64,000 bases of DNA, from contig JBOEGF010000010.1 of assembly GCA_050633305.1 (NCBI GenBank), forward strand, positions 800,001 to 864,000, given 5' to 3'. How positions within the stretch are numbered: the first letter of the stretch is position 1; each line of letters starts with the position of its first letter. The notes under the pieces were generated by a model. It saw only the letters and a program-made list of their open reading frames with translations, did no database searches and was not told where the DNA came from. The position numbers were made by a program, and so were the translations under genes. Shown piece by piece: positions 10,172 through 18,981 of the stretch. The stretch comes from Nannocystales bacterium (GTDB taxonomy: Bacteria; Myxococcota_A; Polyangia; Nannocystales; Nannocystaceae).

Positions 10172-10578
10172 CGGCTTGGCGCCTCCCGCACGCGGATCTT
10201 CTGCACGAGTTCGGGGGAGACCGGCACCATGCCGAGTTCGTCACGCGCCACGGCTTGAACTTGCTGCGGGTTACGGAGGTAGGCCCGTTCTGCTGAGAGG
10301 CGGCGCTTCTCTTCGAGAAGCGAGGCTTGTTGCTCCGAGAGCCGGGTGATGTCGCCACCGGCCTCCAGCACCGCGGTGGTGGACTGAATCCGCACGATGC
10401 CCATCGCGACCGTCACGGCCACACACAAGAACAGCAAGAACGAGGTGCCCGCCGGGGCCCGCATTCGGTCGCGGACGCGTTCGACCGAGCCCGCGTTCGC
10501 CGCCCGGTCACCGCTACGTTTGTGGCCGTGGGGGAACTCGACGGGTTTCTGTTTTCGGCGGCGTACTCGTTCGGTCAT
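10168..10578 (-). CDS. ftsL: cell division protein FtsL
   Basis: single TM, coiled coil, ARDELGM motif; lies between rsmH and ftsI with 4-nt overlaps. Confidence 0.85.
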   Translation of the reverse strand: MTERVRRRKQKPVEFPHGHKRSGDRAANAGSVERVRDRMRAPAGTSFLLFLCVAVTVAMGIVRIQSTTAVLEAGGDITRLSEQQASLLEEKRRLSAERAYLRNPQQVQAVARDELGMVPVSPELVQKIRVREAPSR

Positions 10579-11531
10579 TCGACGCGCTCCAGCACCCGCA
10601 GTCGCGCGCTGCGGGCTCGAGGGTTGGTCTGTGTCTCGTCGGCGTCAGCGGTGACACCCTTGGAGAACGGTTTGGGAATTCTGAACGGAGCCTGACGTTC
10701 GGACTCCACGATGGGGAGGCCCGGGAGCGTCACTTCGGGGCTCGACAGCTTGCGGAACGCACGTTTGACGCGGCGGTCCTCTAGCGAGTGGAACGTGATG
10801 ATCTCGAGACGTCCGCCGACGGCCAGCGCGTCGGGTCCTTCGGCGAGCAACTTGTCGAGCTCGCCGAGCTCGTCGTTGAGGTGGATGCGCAAGGCCTGGA
10901 AGGTCCGGGTCGCGGGGTGGATACGCAGCCCCAGCTTGCGTCGTTGTCGATGGCTCATCGCGTCGGAGACCACCTGGGCCAGGGTGCCGGTGGTCTTGGG
11001 CTTGGCCTCGAGGATCGCCCGCGCGATGCGAGGCGCGTCGGGCTCCTCTCCGTATTCCCGGAGGATCCGGATGAGACCAGGAGCATCGAGTTCCTCGAGA
11101 AGTTGAGCCGCCGTCATGGGACCGCTCTGATCCATGCGCATGTCGAGCGGCGCGTCGGTGCGAAACGAGAAGCCACGCTCGCCCTGGTCGAGCTGCATGG
11201 AGGACACGCCGATGTCGGCGAGGATCCCGTCTGCCTTCACGTCGAGTTCCTCCAGCGTGCTTCCGAGTGCGGAGAACGGTGCGTGCACGAACAGGATGGG
11301 CGTTTGTGCGGAGGTGAGCCGTGCTCGGGCCCGATCCAAGGCGGTCTGGTCGCGGTCGAAGGCGATCACACGCTCGGGTGCGAACTGCTCCAAGACCGCC
11401 TCAATATGGCCTCCGGCCCCGCACGTCGCGTCGACGTAGATGCCGCGTGGGGTCTGGCCGGCCTTGGGGAGCGTGCCCTCGAGCGCAGCGCAGACCTCGC
11501 GCGCGAGCACTGAGATGTGGCCTTCGCCCAC
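10575..11531 (-). CDS. rsmH: 16S rRNA m4C1402 methyltransferase RsmH
   Basis: HISVL, DATCGAGGH, DIGVSSMQLD, RGFSF, HPATRTFQALRI, TFHSLEDR and NPRARSARLR motifs. Confidence 0.96.
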   Translation of the reverse strand: MGEGHISVLAREVCAALEGTLPKAGQTPRGIYVDATCGAGGHIEAVLEQFAPERVIAFDRDQTALDRARARLTSAQTPILFVHAPFSALGSTLEELDVKADGILADIGVSSMQLDQGERGFSFRTDAPLDMRMDQSGPMTAAQLLEELDAPGLIRILREYGEEPDAPRIARAILEAKPKTTGTLAQVVSDAMSHRQRRKLGLRIHPATRTFQALRIHLNDELGELDKLLAEGPDALAVGGRLEIITFHSLEDRRVKRAFRKLSSPEVTLPGLPIVESERQAPFRIPKPFSKGVTADADETQTNPRARSARLRVLERVE

Positions 11532-11619
11532 CCAAACACCCCTGCCAGCCCGGCACGAACAGGTCAAAAAAACGACGGATCGGACCCCGCCCCGCTGGCG
11601 CTTGGCCGGTTGGGGCTGT

Positions 11620-12456
11620 TCAGGGCGGAGGCCGGACCGGGCGGGCGGGCTTGAACGAGGACGGGGGCCGCCCAAACCTACGGCGGAAGGCGTCCGAGAA
11701 TGCGCTCGTGTTGTCGTAGCCGATCCGCTCGGCAACCTCGGCCACCGTGTATGCGCCGCCGCGCAAGAGATCGAGGGCAGCGTCCAGCTTGCGGTCGCGC
11801 CAGTAGGCTGCAGGCGTGGAGCCCAGCTCCTTCCGAAACGCCCGGAGCAACGAGCGCTCGCTCGTGCCCGCGAGCTTGGCCAGCGTCTTGACCGGGAGCG
11901 CATGCGTCACGTGGGTGTGCACATACTCGATGACAGCAGCGACCGGTTTGCTGTGGGCGCGGAGAATGGAGGCTCGGTCCGACCCCTCGTCCCGGTCGCG
12001 GAAGAGAAAGTAGATCTCCTTGAGGAGTTCCGTCTCCAGGAACCGCGCGGCTTCGCTTCCGTGCGCCTCGAGGGCGTCTCGTTCGAAGCGGTACCGATGG
12101 GCGAGCTCGTGCACCCAGACGGTGCGCGGGAGGACCGAGCATTCGGCCACCCATGCTTCGAGTCGCTGGGCATCGACCCCGATCGCGCCGTGGGTGGTCA
12201 GCATGCGGGCCCGGGCGGCGGGGGAGAAGGTCAACGCCGCAACGGAGGCGACGGAGGCGGAGGCTCGCACGAGGATGCTCGCGCCTGGGGGGGCGATCAC
12301 GAAACACGAGCGGTCGATCGTGTACAGCCGCTCGTCGACGCCGATCACGGCGATCGTCGACTCGGTCGGCATCAGCACCGTGAGTTGCGTGGCCTCCAGA
12401 CGCACGGTGTCGGGCGCGACCGCACCGAGCACCCGCAGTTCCACCATCTCCTGCAC
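11620..12456 (-). CDS. AraC-family transcriptional regulator
   Basis: C-terminal double HTH (LAKLAGTSERSLLRAF ... VAERIGYDNTSAFSDAFRRRFG). Confidence 0.9.
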   Translation of the reverse strand: MQEMVELRVLGAVAPDTVRLEATQLTVLMPTESTIAVIGVDERLYTIDRSCFVIAPPGASILVRASASVASVAALTFSPAARARMLTTHGAIGVDAQRLEAWVAECSVLPRTVWVHELAHRYRFERDALEAHGSEAARFLETELLKEIYFLFRDRDEGSDRASILRAHSKPVAAVIEYVHTHVTHALPVKTLAKLAGTSERSLLRAFRKELGSTPAAYWRDRKLDAALDLLRGGAYTVAEVAERIGYDNTSAFSDAFRRRFGRPPSSFKPARPVRPPP

Positions 12457-12493
12457 AGGCCCCGAGCTTAGCGCCCGGGGTGGTGAGGGGAAA

Positions 12494-14464
12494 TCACAGC
12501 CTGAACTCGGCAGTGACCAGGTTGAGATCTTCGGTGGCGACCAACTCGCGGTTGAAACCGGTCTCCCACACCACGTCGAGCCCGTCGTCGATCTTCGTGA
12601 ACTTGTACTCGTGTGTAGAGTTTGGCGGGACCGCGATGGTCGCCGACCAGCGGCATCGCGTCCCTTGGCAGTCGCTGGGAGTCATGGGGACCGCGTCGTT
12701 GAGGTCCCACGAGCCGAGCGCGGGGCTGCTGCCCGTCACGAAGATGTTCTGTCCAAACCACGTGTCTGCGTCGACATCGAACTCGATCTCGACGTGGTCG
12801 TCGGGGTCGGGGGTGTCGGCCGGGACGAGCACGACGGAGCTTCGAGCCGCGAGCGACAGCCACAGCGTGTCTCCTTGGACTGTGTAGGAGCTGCCGCCTC
12901 CGAGCGCGTCGACGAGCGTGTCGCCGTCCTCGAACCATGCGCCCACGTTCAGCGGAACCGCGCCGTCGGTCGGAAGCCCTCCATTGTTGAAGCCGACGAC
13001 GACCGGAGGTCCGCCGTCGGGGCCGACCCGGGCATAGCTCCAGACGTTGTTGTTCTGCGGGGCGCCTTGCCTCCACAGCTCGTGGTAGCTGCCGTCTTGG
13101 AGGGCCCGGTGGCTTCTGCGGATCGACAGCAGTCGGCGGACATGCTCGTAGACTCCACCCGGGTCGGGGAGGAATCCGCTGTGGGGCTGCGAGCGGCCGT
13201 CCTCGCTGAATGCCCACTCGGGCATGAACCGGCGGTTGTCGGGGTCGCCACCGCCGTACATGCCGACTTCGTTGCCGTAGTAGATCTGGGGAATCCCGGG
13301 CATGGTCAACAAGGCCGTCATCGCGAGGGCGTAGCGTTGTTGGGCCTCGGGTCCGGGGACGTGACCGGGGATCTCGGAGAGGAATCGGGGCACGTCGTGG
13401 TTGTCGAGCAGGTTGACCTGTCGCGAGACCCCCTCCGCGCCGAAGTACGCCAAGGTGTGCTGCATTCGGTCAGCGATTGCGTTGGTGGAGTGGCCCCACG
13501 CGAATGTCTCGATCAGACCGCGCCGCAGCGGGAAGTTGAACAGCCCGTCGAATCCGGCGTCGAGGTACGGGCCGAACCTGTCGTGGCTGTGTTCGTCGAG
13601 TAGTTCGCCCACCATGAACAAGTCGGGGCGCACGCTGTGCATGGCATCGAGCCACTCTGCGAAGACCTCGGGGCGAACGTGCTTGACGGTGTCCATCCTG
13701 ATCGCGTCGACGTCGAACCGGTCGACCCACTGTTGGTGCAGGTCGATGAGGTACGCGCGAACCTCTGGGTTGGCGTGGATGAAGTCGGGGAGGCCGGCGA
13801 GTGAGCAGTCGATGTCCGGGTCTCCGGACTGGCACGTGGCATCGGTCGCAAACCATCCGGGGTGCTGTTCGACGATATGGGCGTCGTAGCCGGCGTGGTT
13901 GATGACCATGTCCAGCATCACTCGGAAACCACGTTCGTGGGCATCAAGCAGCAGCTCGTCGAAGTCTTCCGCGTCCCCGAACCGGGAGTCGAGGTCGAGC
14001 GTGTAGGGGTCGGTGAAGTCCGCCCAGTATCCGGGGAAGCCACAGTTGGCGCCCTGCCGCTGCTCGACGCCGCGATACAGGGGGGTGATCCACAAGGCAT
14101 CTGCCCCGAGTGCCTGGATGTGGTCCAGCCGGCCGCGGAGCCCTTGAAGGTCGCCCCCTTGGTACGCGTGCGCATCGTTCGCGTTGTTGCAGTCCGCGTC
14201 ACCGTGCGCGACGTCGATGCTCGGGTCGCCGTTCGCGAACCGGTCGAGCACCGCGAAATACAGGACCCGGCGAGACCACGCCCGGGTTTCGGGCGACACC
14301 CGAAGCTGTTGCGAGCGGATGTGTTCGGCGTGCTCGAGGTCGGCGAGCGTGTCGGTGTCGACGTCCGCGTCCGCGGCCTGTTCGGCTGTCGACGGTTCGC
14401 AGCCGGAGAGCAGCACGACCGCGGCTAGAGCAGAGTCTCGGAGTCCTCGAACGAGCGCTGACAT
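12494..14464 (-). CDS. GH13 alpha-amylase lipoprotein with C-terminal CBM20 starch-binding domain
   Basis: LSGC lipobox; DRFANGD, DMVINH, RMDTVKHV and LDNHD motifs; CBM20 motifs GSSPALGSW, EYKF, WETGFNR. Confidence 0.92.
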   Translation of the reverse strand: MSALVRGLRDSALAAVVLLSGCEPSTAEQAADADVDTDTLADLEHAEHIRSQQLRVSPETRAWSRRVLYFAVLDRFANGDPSIDVAHGDADCNNANDAHAYQGGDLQGLRGRLDHIQALGADALWITPLYRGVEQRQGANCGFPGYWADFTDPYTLDLDSRFGDAEDFDELLLDAHERGFRVMLDMVINHAGYDAHIVEQHPGWFATDATCQSGDPDIDCSLAGLPDFIHANPEVRAYLIDLHQQWVDRFDVDAIRMDTVKHVRPEVFAEWLDAMHSVRPDLFMVGELLDEHSHDRFGPYLDAGFDGLFNFPLRRGLIETFAWGHSTNAIADRMQHTLAYFGAEGVSRQVNLLDNHDVPRFLSEIPGHVPGPEAQQRYALAMTALLTMPGIPQIYYGNEVGMYGGGDPDNRRFMPEWAFSEDGRSQPHSGFLPDPGGVYEHVRRLLSIRRSHRALQDGSYHELWRQGAPQNNNVWSYARVGPDGGPPVVVGFNNGGLPTDGAVPLNVGAWFEDGDTLVDALGGGSSYTVQGDTLWLSLAARSSVVLVPADTPDPDDHVEIEFDVDADTWFGQNIFVTGSSPALGSWDLNDAVPMTPSDCQGTRCRWSATIAVPPNSTHEYKFTKIDDGLDVVWETGFNRELVATEDLNLVTAEFRL

Positions 14465-14651
14465 GGTCGGAAGGACTACCGATGTGTCCGCGGTGCTCCC
14501 AGACTCGGCGCCGCCAACGATCCCTGCGAAACCGCCATTCTGAGCGGACGCGGGCGGGTGAACGACGCGCGCGTTGCGCTCCACCCCCGGTGGCATCGGG
14601 GGCCGGATGCCCAATTTGTTCCGAGAAACCGAAGACTTAGATCGTGGTGGG

Positions 14652-14680
14652 TTGACCCCGGCGCGCTCGATCAGTAGGTT
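14652..14680 (+). promoter_or_regulatory. sigma70-type promoter for fic-ribA
   Basis: TTGACC-17 nt-TAGGTT just upstream of the ATG at 14694. Confidence 0.55.
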
Positions 14681-14693
14681 CCGCCGTCAGTCG

Positions 14694-15458
14694 ATGCGGA
14701 CCGTGTCCAGGAATTACCGTCAGCTTCACGAATCCTCGGAGCTGCTGTGGGAAAAGCTCGGGATGCTCTCCGCGACGCAGCGGGCGAGCTTCAACGAACG
14801 CTTCACGATGTCGTGGATTTACCACGACTTCGCGCTCGAAGGCACGGTCCTCAGCATCGCTGAGATCAAGGCCGCCATCGATGCGGAGATTATCTCAGCG
14901 CCGAGCCTGATCCCTGCCTACAACCACATCATGGCGGTGCGCGATGGCATCGACTACGTGGTGGCGTCGCGTGGGCAGCCGCTCACGCTCAACCTGGACT
15001 GGCTCAAGAAGCTGCATCAGGTGCTGCTGCCGACGAACAAAAAGGATCAGGTTCAGTACCGCAAGGACAACCCGATCCACCGGATGTACTTCCACGACCT
15101 CGCGCAGGCCGACAAGATCAGCTACCGCATGCGGAAGCTGACCGACTGGTTCCGTACCGAGGAGTGCAAGCGTGCGCATCCGATCGAGCTCGCCGTCGAG
15201 GTGCATCGAGAAGTCATTCGCGTGTTCCCGTGGCCCGAGATCAGCGGCCGTGTCGCCCGCATCGCGATGAACCACATCCTGATCAACGAGGGCTATTGGC
15301 CCTCGACGATCCATGCCATCGACCGCCAGCGCTACTACGACGTGCTGCGCTTGGATCAGGATCAGTTGCTTGATTTGGTCCTGGAGAGCGTCCGACAGGG
15401 CATTGCCTCGTCAAGCAAGCTCTACCAGGGCATCGTTGATTCGATGCGTGTCTACTGA
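14694..15458 (+). CDS. Fic/Doc-fold protein with degenerate active-site loop
   Basis: WIYHDFALEG N-terminal motif, HPIELA, and FPWPEISGRVAR in place of HPFxDGNGRxxR. Confidence 0.8.
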   Translation: MRTVSRNYRQLHESSELLWEKLGMLSATQRASFNERFTMSWIYHDFALEGTVLSIAEIKAAIDAEIISAPSLIPAYNHIMAVRDGIDYVVASRGQPLTLNLDWLKKLHQVLLPTNKKDQVQYRKDNPIHRMYFHDLAQADKISYRMRKLTDWFRTEECKRAHPIELAVEVHREVIRVFPWPEISGRVARIAMNHILINEGYWPSTIHAIDRQRYYDVLRLDQDQLLDLVLESVRQGIASSSKLYQGIVDSMRVY

Positions 15459-15496
15459 GACACGAACCTTCGACGCAGAGAGCTGACGCGAATCCC

Positions 15497-16099
15497 ATGG
15501 TTTCCGTTCGAGAGCTGGCTCGAGGCCGCCTTCCGACCTCGCATGGGGAGTTCATGATCGTCTCGTTCGAGGGGCCCGATGGACCGCTCGACGATGTCGC
15601 TCTCGTTCGTGGTGACGTCGGCGTCAACGCGATCATTCCCGTCCGATTGCACAGCGAGTGTGTCACCGGGGATGCATTCGGATCGCGGCGCTGCGATTGC
15701 GGCGAACAGCTTCACGAAGCCATGGGTCGTCTCGCCGACGCGGAGCGCGGCGTCTTGCTGTACATGCGCCAGGAGGGACGCGGCATCGGCATCGCCCACA
15801 AGGTCCGCGCGTACGAGCTGCAAGACGGAGGCATGGACACGGTCGAGGCCAACTTGCACCTTGGCTTCGACGACGACATGCGCAGCTACGACGTCGCTGC
15901 AGCGATGCTGCAAGCCCTCGGCGCCCGGCGGGTCGAGCTGCACACCAACAACCCGCACAAGGTCGAAGGCCTCGAGGGCGCGGGCATCACCGTCGTGAAG
16001 CGGACCGCTCTCGAGATCGCTGCGCGCGAGGAGAATCGCTTCTACCTCGACACCAAGCGGACGCGGTCCGGTCACCTGATCGCCGCCGACGACACCTGA
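15497..16099 (+). CDS. ribA: GTP cyclohydrolase II
   Basis: VRLHSECVTGD, CDCGEQL, QEGRGIG and TNNP motifs. Confidence 0.96.
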   Translation: MVSVRELARGRLPTSHGEFMIVSFEGPDGPLDDVALVRGDVGVNAIIPVRLHSECVTGDAFGSRRCDCGEQLHEAMGRLADAERGVLLYMRQEGRGIGIAHKVRAYELQDGGMDTVEANLHLGFDDDMRSYDVAAAMLQALGARRVELHTNNPHKVEGLEGAGITVVKRTALEIAAREENRFYLDTKRTRSGHLIAADDT

Positions 16100-17015
16100 G
16101 CTGATCGGTCGCCCCGCTTTCCCTCGACGGTCCGTGACCGCCCCGGGTCGTGCGCTCGGAGCGGACTCGGAGAGAAAGGATCTGCGTCTGTCGCGCTGCG
16201 CGATCGTGATGCGGGAGACGAGGGGGCGGAGCTCGAAGCGGCCCGTTGGCTGGCATGGAAGCAGACGACATCCACCGTGGCAACTACGGCAGCGGCGACG
16301 TCGCCGGCACTGTGTTCGTTTTCGCGGCTCGCCCTGGCTCGACAACGATGGGCAATACGGCGGCTGATGCGGCGACGGAAGGACCCCGAACCGACGAGGG
16401 CTGCTGCGAGCTCTGGGATGCGCAGCAGCTCCCCTCGGAAGAACTGTGGTGCTCGAACCCGGAGCGACAGACGCCCCGTTGGCGCGGCGTTTTTGTCGTG
16501 CCCACGAGAAGCGGCGGAGTCGTGGGTTACTCCGCCGCGGGTCACTCCGGGTAGGTCCGGTTCTGCTGGTTGCGGCCACTGTCCACTCGAGGTGGGCGAC
16601 CGTCAGGGGGTGCGTTTTTGCTCAGGAAAAGAGCCGGCGGCTCGTGAGGCGGATCGATGAGCGTCGATGATCCTGACGTTGGCGGGAATCCCACGGAATA
16701 CCCAAAACGTCGTCGTACAAGGGCGAGTGCTGGCACTCGCAGTCGAAGAGGCGTGTGGGGGGGCGATGTCGTCTCCCTCACTCCGATGACTTCATCTCAC
16801 CGGGTGCCTCGAACGTACGTCGCTAGGACGTTCCTCCTGGCCAAAACGCTGGCCCGTGCAGATGGTTGAGCTCGGTCGAAAATTCCTGCTGTTTCATAGG
16901 CATTGGTCTCCCTTGCCGGCTCCTGAAGTGACTCCCAGATCGTAGCACCGCGTCGCGGCGTGCCCAGTGATGCTCACGATTGATTTTCGTATCGGGACGT
17001 GGCACTGGCGTTTTC

Positions 17016-18329
17016 ATGACGTCGCAGGGCCGCCCCGACCACGTGTGGGTTCAAGAAGTACCCGATCGGTTTGCGTTCCGGTACGAAGGTGGAAAGGCGT
17101 TCGTCGAGGGCGTCGCGCTCGAAGACATCGCCGCCTCGGTCGGCACGCCGACGTACGTCTACAGCGCGGCTCACATCGCGGACCGGTACCGGGCGCTCGA
17201 GGCATCGGTCTCGGGTCACCCCACAAAGATCTGCTACGCCGTGAAGTCGAACGGGTCGCTCGCGGTCCTTCGTCACCTTCAGCGGCTTGGCTCCGGTGCC
17301 GACATCGTGAGCGTCGGCGAGATGAAGCGGGCGATGGCCGCCGGCATTACGCCGGACAAGATCGTGTTCAGCGGCGTGGGCAAGACCGACGACGAACTCG
17401 ACGCCGCGATCGAGGCGGGGCTTCGATCGATCAATGCCGAGAGCGCCGAAGAGGTGGCTCGTCTCGAAGCCCGGGCTCGGGCGACGGGCAAGACCGCGAA
17501 CGTGACGTTGCGAGTCAATCCCGACGTCGACCCCAAGACGCATCCGTACTTGGCCACCGGGTTGCGCGAGGCCAAGTTCGGCATCTCGATGGAAGAGGCC
17601 GCAACGCTCGCCCGCCACGTTCACGGGACGCCGGGGCTGCATATGGAGGGCATTGGCTGCCACATCGGATCGCAAATCGCCGACGTCACGCCCTTCCTCG
17701 ACAGCTTCGACCGCCTTCGCACCCTGGCCCATGGACTGCGTGAGGACGGCGTCTCCTTGGGGCACATCGATCTCGGCGGTGGCTTCGGCATCGCGTACAG
17801 CGAGTCCGAGGCCGAGCTGGACATCGCCGCGTGGGGCAAGGCGGTTGTCGATGCGAGTGCGGACCTGGGCGTCGAGCTGATGATCGAACCCGGGCGCTAT
17901 CTCACCGGGCAGGCCGGCGTTTTGCTTACGCGCGTCGTCGGCAACAAGCGCTCACCGACCAAGGGCTTCGTCATCATCGACGCGGCGATGAACGATCTGC
18001 TTCGGCCCGCCCTGTACCAGGCCTATCACGCGATCGTCCCCGTGAATCAAACCGCTCCAGACGCGGAGGTCTCCAACGTCGATGTCGTGGGACCCGTCTG
18101 CGAGTCCGGAGACTTCCTGGGCCTCGAGCGCGCGATGCCGGCCTGCGACACTGGATCCTTGCTCGGGGTCTTGAGTGCGGGTGCCTACGGCATGTCGATG
18201 GCGAGCAACTACAACTCGCGCCCTCTTCCCGCGGAGGTCTGGGTCGACGGGGATCGATTTGCCGTGACCCGGCCGCGCCAAACCGTCGAAGAGCTGCTCA
18301 GCGTCGAGCAGGTTCCGGAGTGGGCATGA
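17016..18329 (+). CDS. lysA: diaminopimelate decarboxylase
   Basis: YAVKSN (PLP Lys), HIGSQ, DLGGG, EPGR, GPVCESGD and GAYGMSMASNYN motifs. Confidence 0.96.
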   Translation: MTSQGRPDHVWVQEVPDRFAFRYEGGKAFVEGVALEDIAASVGTPTYVYSAAHIADRYRALEASVSGHPTKICYAVKSNGSLAVLRHLQRLGSGADIVSVGEMKRAMAAGITPDKIVFSGVGKTDDELDAAIEAGLRSINAESAEEVARLEARARATGKTANVTLRVNPDVDPKTHPYLATGLREAKFGISMEEAATLARHVHGTPGLHMEGIGCHIGSQIADVTPFLDSFDRLRTLAHGLREDGVSLGHIDLGGGFGIAYSESEAELDIAAWGKAVVDASADLGVELMIEPGRYLTGQAGVLLTRVVGNKRSPTKGFVIIDAAMNDLLRPALYQAYHAIVPVNQTAPDAEVSNVDVVGPVCESGDFLGLERAMPACDTGSLLGVLSAGAYGMSMASNYNSRPLPAEVWVDGDRFAVTRPRQTVEELLSVEQVPEWA

Positions 18330-18694
18330 GCAAGGCACGTCGAATGACTCCCTACATCATCGCAGCAGTCGCCCTGGGTCTCGTCGGAGTCCTCATCCTC
18401 AAACGCGGGATGGCGTCCTCGTTCATCGAGTCCGAGCAGGCACACGCTCTCGTGACGGATGGCGCAGCTCTGATCGATGTGCGGTCCCCCGAGGAGTTCG
18501 CGTCCGGGCACATTGAAGGTGCGCGCAACATCCCGGTGGGCGAGATCGGAGCGCGGTCGTCGGAGGTTGGCGACAAAGAAGCGCCCGTCGTCGTGTATTG
18601 CCGCAGCGGAATGCGGAGTGCGCAGGCCAAGGCAACGCTGGACTCGGCCGGATTCACTCAGGTTCACAACCTGGGCGGCATGTCGCGCTGGTAG
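18326..18694 (+). CDS. membrane-anchored rhodanese-domain protein
   Basis: IDVRSPEEFASGHIEGA, active-site loop YCRSGMRS, N-terminal TM; ATGA overlap with lysA. Confidence 0.92.
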   Translation: MSKARRMTPYIIAAVALGLVGVLILKRGMASSFIESEQAHALVTDGAALIDVRSPEEFASGHIEGARNIPVGEIGARSSEVGDKEAPVVVYCRSGMRSAQAKATLDSAGFTQVHNLGGMSRW

Positions 18695-18772
18695 GCGGCG
18701 AGGTGTTGCAGGGCGTCGCGCCCCGAGTGGGCGCCCCGCGTGCTCGCTGGTTCTGAACCACGAACATGCCCG

Positions 18773-18946
18773 ATGGATCGGGTTGCCAACACGGGACCGC
18801 CCGTCGAATCCGGGGGATGTGTCGCCTGCGAAGGCTGCGGTGCCCAGACGCCTGTCATGTTTTGCAGTCACCCCGCAGGCCACGGATGGCCCGACCTCGG
18901 CACCGACGCCAGCAGAGCGTCCTTCCACCCGCTCTACGCCGGTTGA
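18773..18946 (+). pseudogene. probable remnant of the C-terminus of a PHB-depolymerase/esterase-type hydrolase
   Basis: GGCVACEGCGAQTPVMFCSHPAGHGWPDLG resembles the CVxYxGC...PVxxCxHxGGHxWP end of such hydrolases; no N-terminal part present. Confidence 0.4.
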
Positions 18947-18981
18947 CGAGCCCTGGGGTTTAGCGACACCCTGGGGCGGCG

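Noticed and set aside
12020..13603. Long alternative ORFs (e.g. 12020-13603+, 34426-36609+, 39940-41652+, 44797-46416+)
   Set aside because: Antisense or off-frame shadows of well-supported genes, expected at high GC
16545..16840. RNase P RNA on the minus strand (GAGGAACGTCC ... CAGAACCGGACCTAC)
   Set aside because: The two segments do not form the full P4 helix, and the internal conserved regions (AGUGCxACAGxxA, GGUGAAA) are missing
16740..17015. Lysine riboswitch upstream of lysA (AGAGGCG start)
   Set aside because: The downstream GAAAGG, GCCGAA and CUGUC...GxGxGC elements are not found
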